From positions 21,818 through 85,817 of the forward strand of contig JAOKVV010000003.1 of assembly GCA_028336925.1 (NCBI GenBank): a stretch of DNA of 64,000 bases. The letters are read 5' to 3'. Both the position numbers and the translations under genes were made by a program. Within the stretch, counting starts at the first letter, position 1; every line of letters begins with the position of its first letter. Positions 48,281 to 58,647 of this stretch are shown piece after piece. This DNA comes from Vicingaceae bacterium. GTDB lineage: Bacteria; Bacteroidota; Bacteroidia; Flavobacteriales_E; Vicingaceae. The notes under the pieces were generated by a model. It made no database searches. It was not told the origin of the DNA and worked only from the letters and a program-made list of their open reading frames with translations.

Positions 48281-49231
48281 TTAAACATCTAACAATCTCC
48301 AATTCTTAAAAGGAAAAAAATGTTTACCCCTATTAACATTTCTCTCTAACCAAGATACTAATCTATACTTTGGTTTTTCATGCTTAAAAAGAGGTCTATT
48401 GGGTTTTTCATTAGTCATGTAATTTAAAGATTGACCCCAATCAAAGTCCTTCATTTTATCTTGCATTACTGCAGGATGAGTTCCGTCAAATTTTGGTAAT
48501 CCCTTTAAAGGACCATAATCAAATTCAGCAACTAACCCTTCATAAGTCTTATTAGCCTTAGCATCACCTTTGTGAATGCTATCTAAAGCTTTCTTTTTAC
48601 TTTGCATATATTTTGGAGGCCTAACCCATCCATAATGATAAATATAGGCATCTAAAGTTGCAACATTTAATCTATAAGTACCCTCATGCTTTCGATAACT
48701 TTTCCCATCAAAATCTGGAATACGTCGAAATGATTGAGCAGATTCAAATGAATGTATGTCAGGCTTATTTTTTATAATTCTGATTTCATTTTGGTACCAT
48801 CCATGATGATTTATGTAATGATTATAATCTCCAAAAAAGTGACGATACTTAAATAATAGACCCTCAACTGCATCGTTAGTTAAAAGCTCCTGACACCTCG
48901 ACTTTATAAGGTCTAAATACTTTTCGTGAACCACCTCGTCTGCTTGAACGTAAAATAACCAATCACCAGTGCAGTGTGAAATAGCGATGTCTGTCTGGTG
49001 AGCATTTTCAGTTCCATTTGGATACTTTTCTGTGTCCCACTCGGTATGCATAATTTTAAGCTTAGGTGAATCAATAGACTCTAAAATCTCAAGCGTATTA
49101 TCATCATCATCACCTTTACCCAAAACGAAAATAAACTCGTCGCAAATAGGCAAAATAGACAATATTGATTCTTTTATAGGGTAATACAGTTTGGAAGTAT
49201 TTCTACCAAAACTAAATCCACTAATTTTCAT
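48281..49231 (-). CDS. Glycosyltransferase family 2-like protein
   Basis: KISGFSF.RN, GDWLFYVQADE, YHYGWVRPP. Confidence 0.8.
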   Translation of the reverse strand: MKISGFSFGRNTSKLYYPIKESILSILPICDEFIFVLGKGDDDDNTLEILESIDSPKLKIMHTEWDTEKYPNGTENAHQTDIAISHCTGDWLFYVQADEVVHEKYLDLIKSRCQELLTNDAVEGLLFKYRHFFGDYNHYINHHGWYQNEIRIIKNKPDIHSFESAQSFRRIPDFDGKSYRKHEGTYRLNVATLDAYIYHYGWVRPPKYMQSKKKALDSIHKGDAKANKTYEGLVAEFDYGPLKGLPKFDGTHPAVMQDKMKDFDWGQSLNYMTNEKPNRPLFKHEKPKYRLVSWLERNVNRGKHFFPFKNWRLLDV

Positions 49232-49344
49232 TCGATATAATTATTTTAATAATATGCCAAAGTTATTCATTCCTTTTCACTTCAAAGTAACAGATATATC
49301 TTCAAGAAAAATATATATTGCCAATCATTTAATAACTTTGCACT

Positions 49345-49683
49345 ATGGATAGTTTAAGACAAAGTAAAGTTGCTCGACTAATACAAAAGGAAATTGGAGA
49401 TATTTTCATCAAAGAATATAGATCCCCTCTACCTGGTATCATGGTATCTATCACTCAAGTACGAGTGAGTCCCGACTTAGGAGTAGCGAAAATTTACGTG
49501 AGTCTTTTCCCCGCCAATGACAAGAAGGAAGCACTAACAGATCTTAAGAAAAAGACAACAGAAATTAGAGGGTTTTTAGGTCAAAGGGTTGGTAAACAAC
49601 TTCGAATTGTTCCAGAGTTAATTTTTTATCTTGACGATTCTTTTGATTATGCAGAGAAGATAGATCAATTGCTTAAAAAATAA
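49345..49683 (+). CDS. rbfA: Ribosome-binding factor A
   Basis: RQSKVARLIQKE, VSPDL, LRIVPELIFYLD; -7 box TAACTTTG at 49333-49340. Confidence 0.96.
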   Translation: MDSLRQSKVARLIQKEIGDIFIKEYRSPLPGIMVSITQVRVSPDLGVAKIYVSLFPANDKKEALTDLKKKTTEIRGFLGQRVGKQLRIVPELIFYLDDSFDYAEKIDQLLKK

Positions 49684-50519
49684 TGAGTATTCTCAGCATA
49701 AAGAAAACAGAAAACGAGGAAGAGAAAGTTTGGGTTGGTCGTCAAATTGGTCGCTCTACTTTTTTAAGAAAACTATTCCACATTAGCTCTAACTACCTTA
49801 TTTTAAGAAGTTGGTATATTCGAAAAGAAATAAGGAAGTGGGCTAAAAAAGACCATACCGATGTAAACATTTTAGATGCAGGTTCAGGGTTTGGACAATG
49901 CGCTTACTATTTATCATCATTAAACTCCAAATGGAATATATTTTCTTTAGATATCAATAGAGACAAGGTTTGTCAATGCAATAGCTTTTTTAATAACATT
50001 GGCAGGCAAAATGTAGTTTTTAGAACGGGAGATATAAAAGATCATATAAGCGAAAAGTCGTACGACCTTGCTCTATCGATAGATGTATTGAATTATATTG
50101 AGGATGATGACCAAGTAATTCGAAACATTTACAGCTCATTGAAGCCAAATGGCACTTTTCTTTTATCTGTACCTACCTGCCATTCTGAGTTTGATATATT
50201 CCCCATTCAAACTGAAAAACAAATCCTTAATCCTGTTAGAAGAGGGTACAAGAAAAAAGAACTTATAAAAAAAGTAAAGGACGCGGGATTTGAGATTGAG
50301 TACATTGCTTTCACTTATGGTAAAGCAGGTAAATGGGCTTACAATATTGCAATTAGGTGGCCACTAAAAGCGCTTCAATTAGCTAAGTTTTCAGTGATTA
50401 TATTACCATTTTATTGGATATTCTCTCTTCCAGTTGCGATTGTATTGAACATCTACGATATGTTCGCTAAGAATAGAAATGGTGAAGGATTAATTATTCG
50501 AGCATTAAAAAAGCAATAA
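49683..50519 (+). CDS. Class I SAM-dependent methyltransferase
   Basis: ILDAGSGFG motif I, LKPNG. Confidence 0.85.
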   Translation: MSILSIKKTENEEEKVWVGRQIGRSTFLRKLFHISSNYLILRSWYIRKEIRKWAKKDHTDVNILDAGSGFGQCAYYLSSLNSKWNIFSLDINRDKVCQCNSFFNNIGRQNVVFRTGDIKDHISEKSYDLALSIDVLNYIEDDDQVIRNIYSSLKPNGTFLLSVPTCHSEFDIFPIQTEKQILNPVRRGYKKKELIKKVKDAGFEIEYIAFTYGKAGKWAYNIAIRWPLKALQLAKFSVIILPFYWIFSLPVAIVLNIYDMFAKNRNGEGLIIRALKKQ

Positions 50520-50541
50520 AATCAAGTAAACTTGCAACAAT

Positions 50542-51744
50542 ATGAATCTACCTTTTCATGTAGCCCGCAGGTATCTATTTGCTAAGAAATCGAAGAATAT
50601 TATTAATTTAATTTCTTGGATTTCTATGATTAGTATAGGTGTAGGATCTTTAGCCTTGATAGTTGTACTGTCAGTTTTCAATGGACTTCAGTCATTAGTA
50701 GAATCTATGTATGAGAATTTTGAACCTGATATAAAAATTACATCAATTGAAGGTAAAACGATTCTATTAAATAATTTCCCACTTAAAGAAATTACAACTC
50801 TTGACGGTGTTGAACAATACACTAGGGTAATTGAAGAAGTTGTTGGCATTAAAAATAACGAAAATCAGGGAATAGCAACGCTTAAAGGTGTGGACGAGTC
50901 ATTTCTTAGAATGACAAATATTGATACTGCTCTAATAGATGGAAGTGCAGTTATTGAAGATAAGGGTATAAATTACGCACTAGTTGGGTACGGAGTAGCC
51001 TCCAAACTAGGCTTATATTTGGAAAGTGAAAACCCATTAACAGTATACATTCCCAAAAGAGGCTCAATTAAAAGTTTAAACATCAATAGCACCTTTCAAT
51101 TTAAACAAATAACCCCTTCTGGAATATTCTTCATTAATCCTGAGTTTGATGAAAAATATATTATTGTTCCAATCCGTTTCATTCAAGATGCATTAAAATA
51201 TGATGATCAAATTACTGCAATAGAGCTAACTATTTCAAACAAAGATGATCTTTTACCGATTCAATCTAAAATATCCTCGCTTATTGGGAAAGGTTATAAA
51301 GTTGAAAATAGATACGAAACGAATGCACTTCTTTATAAAACAAATCAAGCTGAGAAATGGATTACCTTTATGATCTTATCCTTTATTTTAATTATAGCCG
51401 CTTTTAATATTCTATCTTCACTCACCATACTTATTATAGATAAAACTGAGGATATTAAGGTTTTACGAAGCCTAGGCGCAAGCAAAAGCCTTATAAAAAG
51501 AATATTTTTTACTGAAGGTATCCTTATAAACCTTATTGGAGCAGGTGGCGGTTTGTTAATAGGGACAATTATCTGTCTATTACAACAACATGTTGGAATC
51601 TTAAAACTAGGTGGTGGAATAGTAGAATACTATCCTGTTGAGATTAGGCCATTTGATTTTATCATAATTTCTATTACCGTAATTATCATTGGAGGCCTAT
51701 CCTCCTACTTCCCTGTAAAATTATTGACAAGAAAACTATTGTAG
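50542..51744 (+). CDS. LolC/E-FtsX-like ABC permease
   Basis: ARRYL, VLSVFNG, IAAFNI, LRSLGA. Confidence 0.87.
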   Translation: MNLPFHVARRYLFAKKSKNIINLISWISMISIGVGSLALIVVLSVFNGLQSLVESMYENFEPDIKITSIEGKTILLNNFPLKEITTLDGVEQYTRVIEEVVGIKNNENQGIATLKGVDESFLRMTNIDTALIDGSAVIEDKGINYALVGYGVASKLGLYLESENPLTVYIPKRGSIKSLNINSTFQFKQITPSGIFFINPEFDEKYIIVPIRFIQDALKYDDQITAIELTISNKDDLLPIQSKISSLIGKGYKVENRYETNALLYKTNQAEKWITFMILSFILIIAAFNILSSLTILIIDKTEDIKVLRSLGASKSLIKRIFFTEGILINLIGAGGGLLIGTIICLLQQHVGILKLGGGIVEYYPVEIRPFDFIIISITVIIIGGLSSYFPVKLLTRKLL

Positions 51745-52731
51745 AATTTCTACACCTTGAAAGTTTTCTCTAATAGCATCAAAAGTTTCAAAAAGCTCAT
51801 CAGGATGATCTAAAGTTACCAACTGCATGCGGTATTCTTTGAAATGAGGTATTCCTTTGAAATAATTGGTATAATGCCTTCTCATCTCCATGATTCCATT
51901 TCGCTCACCTTTCCACTCAATAGACATTCCCAGGTGTCTTCTTGCAGCTTGCAAGCGCTCCTGAAATGTTGGACCATCAAGATTCTCTCCTGTCGCCAAA
52001 AAGTGCTTAATTTCTCTAAAAATCCATGGATAACCAATACTAGCTCTACCTATCATTACACCATCTACTCCATAGCGTTCTTTGTATAACTTAGCCTTTT
52101 GGGGTGTATCTATATCTCCATTACCAAAAACAGGAATTTTCATACGAGGGTTATTTTTAACATCCGCAATTAAACTCCAATCAGCTTCACCTTTATACAT
52201 TTGTTTTCGTGTTCGTCCGTGAATAGAAATCCCTTGAATTCCTACATCTTGCAAACGCTCCGCCACTTCTACTATGTACTTTGTATTCTCGTCCCAGCCT
52301 AATCTAGTTTTTACAGTAACAGGTAAATTAGTTGATTTAACTATTTCAGCAGTCATTCGCACCATCTTTGGTATATCTTGCAGTATTCCTGCACCTGCAC
52401 CTTTACAGGCTACCTTTTTTACCGGACAGCCATAATTAATATCAATAATGTCAGGATTAGCAGCAGCAGTTACTTCCGTTGCTTGCTTCATAGAATCGAT
52501 ATCATTTCCAAATATCTGAATTCCTATCGGCCGCTCATATTCAAAAATATCGAGTTTCTGCATGCTCTTTACAGCATCACGAATGAGGCCTTCAGAAGAA
52601 ATAAACTCCGTGTACATTAAGTCAGCTCCTTGCTCTTTACACAATGCACGAAATGGAGGATCACTTACATCTTCCATAGGAGCAAGCAATAAAGGAAAGT
52701 CGCCAAGTTCTATATTTGCTATCTTTGCCAA
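51736..52731 (-). CDS. dusB: tRNA-dihydrouridine synthase B
   Basis: LAPME, DINYGCP, VTVKTR, IHGRT, GNGDI, MIGR. Confidence 0.95.
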   Translation of the reverse strand: MAKIANIELGDFPLLLAPMEDVSDPPFRALCKEQGADLMYTEFISSEGLIRDAVKSMQKLDIFEYERPIGIQIFGNDIDSMKQATEVTAAANPDIIDINYGCPVKKVACKGAGAGILQDIPKMVRMTAEIVKSTNLPVTVKTRLGWDENTKYIVEVAERLQDVGIQGISIHGRTRKQMYKGEADWSLIADVKNNPRMKIPVFGNGDIDTPQKAKLYKERYGVDGVMIGRASIGYPWIFREIKHFLATGENLDGPTFQERLQAARRHLGMSIEWKGERNGIMEMRRHYTNYFKGIPHFKEYRMQLVTLDHPDELFETFDAIRENFQGVEILQ

Positions 52732-52772
52732 ATTCTATTTTTTTACAAAATTACTAAATACCAACTATCCAA

Positions 52773-53678
52773 TTGAAAACTTTTCAAGATATCATTTCGA
52801 AGCTATTAATCCTAGTTGGATTTAGCTTAGTTATTGGAGGATTATTCTCTATTATAAGCTTATACGCAGCCCCTTATCTATTTGGATTAAAGGTACCTGA
52901 TACACAAGTAATATTCAATAACCCTACCAACCCTGATTATTCAGGAGCACTGAAGTTTATCCAACTATTCAACTCTATTGGTCTTTTTGTAATTCCTCCA
53001 TTTTTATTCTTGTCGTATTATAAAGAAAAACCATTTGAATATTTACACCTTAAAAAAGGTATCAACGGCAGAACTATATTTTTTCTTTTACTCATTTACA
53101 TGATTAGTATCCCGGGAATGGAGTGGTTAATCAAGTTTAATGGGCAATTAAGCCTGCCAGATGCGCTACAGAGTATAGAATTATGGATGAAAGATGCAGA
53201 AGCTAGGGCAAAAGAAATGACCACAGTGTTTTTGACAATGAATGGTATTAATGACCTTATCATTAATCTATTAATTATAGCCATTATCCCAGCCATAGGG
53301 GAAGAACTCATCTTTAGAGGAGTCCTGCAAAAACAACTACAAGGTTGGACTAAAAATGGTCATTTGGCAGTTTGGGTGACAGCATTTATTTTCAGTGCCA
53401 TCCATTTACAATTTTATGGATTTCTTCCGAGATTATTATTAGGCGCATTATTTGGCTACTATTACTTATGGAGCAATAATTTATGGGTTCCCATAGTTGC
53501 TCATTTCATTAATAACGGAACAGCTGTGGTTATTAGTTACGCTACAAATAGCACTAGTACCGATGTAGAATTAGAGGCCATGAATAGAGAAGGTAGCGAA
53601 ATCTATGTCATTATCTCCTTATTAATTTTATACCTTACCATAAAGCGATTAAAGCAGAATATGGCCGAGGAAGTGTAG
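52773..53678 (+). CDS. CPBP (CAAX/Abi) family intramembrane metalloprotease
   Basis: EELIFRG, FSAIH, AHFINN. Confidence 0.92.
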   Translation: MKTFQDIISKLLILVGFSLVIGGLFSIISLYAAPYLFGLKVPDTQVIFNNPTNPDYSGALKFIQLFNSIGLFVIPPFLFLSYYKEKPFEYLHLKKGINGRTIFFLLLIYMISIPGMEWLIKFNGQLSLPDALQSIELWMKDAEARAKEMTTVFLTMNGINDLIINLLIIAIIPAIGEELIFRGVLQKQLQGWTKNGHLAVWVTAFIFSAIHLQFYGFLPRLLLGALFGYYYLWSNNLWVPIVAHFINNGTAVVISYATNSTSTDVELEAMNREGSEIYVIISLLILYLTIKRLKQNMAEEV

Positions 53679-53859
53679 AAGAAAACAATATACCGCGGAA
53701 GGCTGTCTATTGACTTCTATTAGGAGTAAAATTAGGTCATATTGTGATAATACAAAGGTTGCACACCCAAATATTAAAACAAGAATTATGCTCTAGATAT
53801 TTATGGTTTACAAATCTTAATTAGATCCGTTTACAGGATTAAAAAAAACTATTAAACAC

Positions 53860-53891
53860 AAAAAAGGCCACTCAATTGCTTGAGTGGCCTT
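53860..53891 (-). terminator. Rho-independent terminator after the exbBD operon
   Basis: AAGGCCACTCAA-N4-TTGAGTGGCCTT with a T run on the minus strand. Confidence 0.88.
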
Positions 53892-53912
53892 GACTATTTA
53901 AACTAGATTCTA

Positions 53913-54389
53913 TTAATCAACAATCTTATCCGTTTTACCGGTAGAATAGTTAATTTTTAAAGCGTTCGCTTTTCTTAATTCTTGTTTTACATCGGTTACA
54001 ATGCCCATTTTTACACCATTATCTACTTTCATAGAAAATGTCATCAACGGTCTTTCTGCTTCGTCAGTATTCTCTCTTTCAATTTCCACAAACTGAACTA
54101 TATCTCTTTTGGTGGCAAATGCATCGTTCAATTGTATTCTTGGTTCTGTACCAAATGTACCTTGCAACGATTTTATGGGCTCACCTATATAGATGTAACT
54201 CACCAAAGACTTGCGCTCTAATTTGTCTACCTCTGTAGCTTTAGGAGTTTGAATTTCTACCTTTAAGGTCACTTCTCTCATTACCGTAGTAACCATAAAG
54301 AAGAATAAAAGCATAAATACAATATCCGGCAGCGATGCAGTAGAGATAGCGGGTTGTCCGTCCGATTTCTTTTTCTTAAACTTTGACAT
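53913..54389 (-). CDS. exbD: Biopolymer transporter ExbD/TolR
   Basis: SLPDIVFMLLFFFMV TM motif with the conserved Asp. Confidence 0.9.
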   Translation of the reverse strand: MSKFKKKKSDGQPAISTASLPDIVFMLLFFFMVTTVMREVTLKVEIQTPKATEVDKLERKSLVSYIYIGEPIKSLQGTFGTEPRIQLNDAFATKRDIVQFVEIERENTDEAERPLMTFSMKVDNGVKMGIVTDVKQELRKANALKINYSTGKTDKIVD

Positions 54390-54390
54390 C

Positions 54391-54996
54391 TTATTGGTCT
54401 CCTATATCTTTTGGTTCTGCTTCAGAAATACGCTGCGGATATACGTCCTTTACAGCATCTAATTGTTGCTCTGCTCCTTCTGAGTTTTTCGCCAATTCTT
54501 CTAGCTCTGCATAAGATTTTCCAAACTTACGCATAGAGAATTCGTTTCTAACATCATTGTAAGCTCCAACCAACTCATTCTGTACCTTAATATACAATTC
54601 GTAAGAAGTTCCTCTGTCATTTTGAAGCGAAACAATCTGCTTTGAAACAGGATATTGTCCACCTAATGCAGGTATATTCTTCATTACAAATTCCGGCATA
54701 TTTTCATTATTAGCATCACCAATAATAAAATCCTTTGCCTTTCTTCTAAGGTCCGAAACTAATGTTGGTTCGCCTTCTACCAATAAGTCATCGTTTGCAT
54801 TTGCTAATACAACAAATACGTTACGCATTTTTACTTCAGGTATATCCTCAGGTGGAACATCAATCGGTGGAGGCAGCTTACGTGTAAGACCGGTATCCAC
54901 ATCCATGGTAGTTGTCACCAAGAAGAAAATAAGCAACAAGAAAGCGATGTCTGCCATCGATCCTGCGTTAATTTCCGGTGCATTTCTTCTAGCCAT
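54391..54996 (-). CDS. exbD: Biopolymer transporter ExbD/TolR
   Basis: SMADIAFLLLIFFLV TM motif. Confidence 0.9.
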   Translation of the reverse strand: MARRNAPEINAGSMADIAFLLLIFFLVTTTMDVDTGLTRKLPPPIDVPPEDIPEVKMRNVFVVLANANDDLLVEGEPTLVSDLRRKAKDFIIGDANNENMPEFVMKNIPALGGQYPVSKQIVSLQNDRGTSYELYIKVQNELVGAYNDVRNEFSMRKFGKSYAELEELAKNSEGAEQQLDAVKDVYPQRISEAEPKDIGDQ

Positions 54997-55028
54997 AATT
55001 ATTAACTAATTTCTTGAATTAATATTGC

Positions 55029-55442
55029 TTATTTAAAAGCTTTTGATACTTCTGCAAATACTGCTGCAGCAATTGCACCAGCTCCTAAAATGTAGAATGC
55101 GATTAATCCCATACTCACATTTTTAGATGCACTTGGATCAGAAATAAACCCATCATATTCAGGTAAAATTTCGTCGCTACCAATAGCATATGCAATTCCA
55201 AATACAGCTAATATCGCTACTAAACCAACAACAGAGCTCTTTGCTTTTTTTGGATTTCCTGCCATGTTAGCAATTGAAAAACCTACAGCAGCTAAAGCAG
55301 CAATTACTAATAATATGTAACACCAGCCTATAATCACGTCTTCAGAGATGCCTCCAGTCAGGAACACAACTCCTAAGATTGCACTTAGGCCTAAAAGACC
55401 CATCTGTACAAACTTTAATATTTTATTTAGTCCTGTTGACAT
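55029..55442 (-). CDS. Hypothetical four-TM membrane protein inside the exbB-exbD operon
   Basis: Four hydrophobic segments; 6 nt from the exbB stop. Confidence 0.8.
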   Translation of the reverse strand: MSTGLNKILKFVQMGLLGLSAILGVVFLTGGISEDVIIGWCYILLVIAALAAVGFSIANMAGNPKKAKSSVVGLVAILAVFGIAYAIGSDEILPEYDGFISDPSASKNVSMGLIAFYILGAGAIAAAVFAEVSKAFK

Positions 55443-55448
55443 AATTTT

Positions 55449-56279
55449 TTATTTTTTTAGTTCGTGCTTTACTAATAAATCTACCAATGAGATAGATGCA
55501 TCTTCCATATCATTAACGATACTATCTACTTTTGCAACGATATAGTTGTAAAATACTTGTAGAATCATCGCAACGATCAAACCAAATACAGTTGTTAAAA
55601 GTGCAACTTTAATACCACCCGCGACTAATGATGGTGAGATATCTCCTGCTGCTTCAATAGCATCAAATGCACCAATCATACCGATAACTGTACCCATGAA
55701 ACCAAGCATTGGAGCTAGAGCGATAAATAATGAAATCCAAGAAACACCTTTCTCTAATAATCCCATTTGTACACTTCCGTAAGAAACAACTGTTTTTTCT
55801 ACCATTTCCACGCCTTCATGACTTCTGTCTAAACCTTGGTAAAAGATAGATGCTACCGGACCTGCAGTATTTCTGCATACTTCTTTCGCTGCATCAACAC
55901 CACCTGAACTTAATGCATTTTCAACATTCTTCAAAAGTTTATCTGTATTGGTTGTAGCCATATTAAGGTAAATAATACGCTCAATTACGATCGCAAGACC
56001 TAAAATCAAACACAATAATACAATACCCATAAATTCAGGGCCACCTTCGATAAATTTAGTTTTTAAAACTTGGTGAAAAGATTGGTCTGCAACAACAGCC
56101 GGCTCTTCAATCACCTCTTTAACTGGTTCTTGAACTTCTTCTACAACTACTTCAGCCATTGCAGAATCAGTTGTCATTTCAGTTGTGTCAGCTGCAGTCT
56201 CTTCTTGAGCAAATGTTTTGTTAAATGCTCCAAACGATAAAAGACCCGTTACGGCTACTAAAGCAAATAGTTTTTTCAT
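55449..56279 (-). CDS. exbB: MotA/TolQ/ExbB proton channel protein
   Basis: APMLGFMGTVIGMI, GIKVALLTTVFGL. Confidence 0.93.
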   Translation of the reverse strand: MKKLFALVAVTGLLSFGAFNKTFAQEETAADTTEMTTDSAMAEVVVEEVQEPVKEVIEEPAVVADQSFHQVLKTKFIEGGPEFMGIVLLCLILGLAIVIERIIYLNMATTNTDKLLKNVENALSSGGVDAAKEVCRNTAGPVASIFYQGLDRSHEGVEMVEKTVVSYGSVQMGLLEKGVSWISLFIALAPMLGFMGTVIGMIGAFDAIEAAGDISPSLVAGGIKVALLTTVFGLIVAMILQVFYNYIVAKVDSIVNDMEDASISLVDLLVKHELKK

Positions 56280-56365
56280 GATTTGAATTGTTAAAAATCT
56301 AGTTTAATTGACTTGTTTATTATATAATTGATTGTTAATTACAGTTTAAAATAAAAATCGCTTTG

Positions 56366-56452
56366 CGGAGAGAGGGGGATTCGAACCCCCGAAACGGTCA
56401 CCCGTTTACACGCTTTCCAAGCGTGCGCCTTCAGCCACTCGGCCACCTCTCC
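56366..56452 (-). tRNA. tRNA-Ser(GGA)
   Basis: GGAGAGGTGGCCGAGTGGCTGAAGGCGCACGCTT-GGA-AAGCGTGT...GGGGGTTCGAATCCCCCTCTCTCCG; long variable arm; CCA not encoded. Confidence 0.97.
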
Positions 56453-56773
56453 ATTAATTCGATTCTTAAAAGAACGCGCATTTCAGCTCGCCAAATTACA
56501 AAAAAATATACTAGTGCTAAAAATATTTTAAGATTAACATTCATAGTTGTCAGAGAAAAGATATTTGAGCTAATCCTCATTAGGAATCAACCTAAATTCA
56601 AATACAATCAATTAAAAAACACCCATTTAATAACAAAAAACATGACTAGTAAAAGGTGACCCCATTTCATACACTACAAATAAAGTTATCATATCTCCAT
56701 AAAAACCAAACAACTAGTAATATCGCTCATTAACTATCATAAAGTATTGTTAAAATTACCTTAAAGTATAACC

Positions 56774-57802
56774 TTAACTAACCTCTCCTCTTAGATTTTG
56801 TTGAAGCTGTTCTTTTACATGCTCAACCGACAGTAATTCATCTCCCAACAAAAGCATTAATTTGGTAATTGCAGCTTCTGCAGTAATATCTTTACCACTA
56901 ATTACACCTACTTTCTCTAAATGCGATCCGGTTTCATATTTTCTTTGGTCCACTTTACCGCTACTGCATTGAGTAACGTTCACAACGACCAAACTATTGT
57001 CTATCGCTTCCTTTAATGCATTTTGTAACCAAGGCTCATGAGGCGCATTTCCTGAACCATAAGTCTCCAGAATAATACCTTTCAACCCTTTCTGAGACAA
57101 AACATTCCTAAAAAAGTTTTCTGAAATACCTGGAAATAATTTTAGAAAACCTACCTCATTACTCCAACTTTCAAACACATGTAGCTTGGTACCCAGATTC
57201 GGGTGTCTTATAGCAGCCCGATTATATTTAATATGAACTCCTGCTTCTGCAAGTTTAGGATAGTTAGGCGTGTCAAATGCTTCAAAGTTTTCTGCACTGA
57301 TTTTTTTAGTTCGATTTCCTCTGTATAAAGCATACTCAAAATAAATAGCCACTTCAGGCACTATAGGCTTTCCGTTTTCCTTTGCTCCTGCTATTTCTAT
57401 TGCCGTAATTAGATTTTCCTTTCCGTCGGTGCGAATGGTTCCTATTGGCAATTGGGATCCGGTGAAAATAACCGGCTTACCTAAGTTTTCTAATATAAAA
57501 CTTAATGCAGAAGCTGAATAAGCCATAGTATCTGAGCCATGAAGTATTACAAACCCATCATAACAATCATAGTTGGCCTGAATCAAATTGGCTAATTCCA
57601 CCCAAATCTTAGGATTCATATTAGATGAATCTATTGGAGTTTCAAAAGCATAGGAATCAATATCCATCTCGAACTTTTTAAGTTCAGGAATTTCTGCAAA
57701 TAGCTGATTAAAATTAAATGGCTTTAATTCACCTGTTTCAGCGTCGTGAATCATACCGATAGTCCCACCGGTATATATTAATAGAACTGATGACTTTTTC
57801 AT
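56774..57802 (-). CDS. ansA: Type I (cytoplasmic) L-asparaginase
   Basis: YTGGTIGM, HGSDTM, TGSQ. Confidence 0.93.
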   Translation of the reverse strand: MKKSSVLLIYTGGTIGMIHDAETGELKPFNFNQLFAEIPELKKFEMDIDSYAFETPIDSSNMNPKIWVELANLIQANYDCYDGFVILHGSDTMAYSASALSFILENLGKPVIFTGSQLPIGTIRTDGKENLITAIEIAGAKENGKPIVPEVAIYFEYALYRGNRTKKISAENFEAFDTPNYPKLAEAGVHIKYNRAAIRHPNLGTKLHVFESWSNEVGFLKLFPGISENFFRNVLSQKGLKGIILETYGSGNAPHEPWLQNALKEAIDNSLVVVNVTQCSSGKVDQRKYETGSHLEKVGVISGKDITAEAAITKLMLLLGDELLSVEHVKEQLQQNLRGEVS

Positions 57803-58569
57803 ACTCCAAAAATGGTTTTAGAATTCTCTGTGGTAATTTCTGCCACTTCTTTTAAGGTTAGGCCAAGCAAATCAGCTACCTTTTCAGCTATGTGAGGAAT
57901 ATAAGATGGCTCATTTCGCTTACCTCGAAAAGGTGTTGGTGCTAGATAAGGCGCATCGGTTTCCAACACTAAATTATTGATTGATAATTGCTCAACTACT
58001 TTGTCTAGTCCTGCTTTTTTAAACGTAACTACTCCGCCAATACCCAAATAAAAATCTCCATATCCTAAAATATGTTTGGCTTGCTCTAGCGTTCCTGTAA
58101 AACAATGAAAAATCCCTTTTAATCGATCATCATTTAATTCATCCAAGATTGCTAAAATTTCATCAAAAGCATCTCTACAATGAATCACAATGGGCAAGTT
58201 CATTTCTTTAGCCCACTCAATTTGGGTTCGAAAAGCGAACTCTTGCTGTAGTAAAAATGATTTATCCCAATATAAATCAATACCGATCTCTCCTACTGCT
58301 AAATATTTACGCCACTCAAAATGGTTCTTCATATTCGAAAGCACCATTTCTACATCTTCCTTCACATCACATGGATGTAATCCCATCATGGGAAAGCAAT
58401 TATTTGGATATTTATCTGCCAACTGATGCATTCCATCAATAGAATCTAAGTCAATATTCGGCATAAACATTCGACTCACTCCGCTAGCTAAAGCCCTCTC
58501 TATCATTACACTTTGATCTTCTTGAAATTTTTCGGAATAAATGTGGGTATGCGTGTCGGTGTAAGTCAT
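57799..58569 (-). CDS. tatD: TatD family deoxyribonuclease
   Basis: DTHTH, GEIGID, IHCR, FHCF, ETDAP. Confidence 0.93.
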   Translation of the reverse strand: MTYTDTHTHIYSEKFQEDQSVMIERALASGVSRMFMPNIDLDSIDGMHQLADKYPNNCFPMMGLHPCDVKEDVEMVLSNMKNHFEWRKYLAVGEIGIDLYWDKSFLLQQEFAFRTQIEWAKEMNLPIVIHCRDAFDEILAILDELNDDRLKGIFHCFTGTLEQAKHILGYGDFYLGIGGVVTFKKAGLDKVVEQLSINNLVLETDAPYLAPTPFRGKRNEPSYIPHIAEKVADLLGLTLKEVAEITTENSKTIFGV

Positions 58570-58647
58570 GTGTACAAATTTAGTTTTTTGATAACGATTC
58601 GCTGAAGCTAAACAGAATAAAAAATTTAATTTGGCACTTTCAAAATT

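Noticed and set aside
56366-56452. tRNA-Ser as an integration site for an island
   Set aside because: No integrase and no duplicated tRNA 3' end seen; flanking genes are housekeeping.
56363-56659. 98-aa plus-strand ORF ([10 protein letters not shown]...)
   Set aside because: It is the antisense reading of tRNA-Ser plus AT-rich spacer, a common false ORF.
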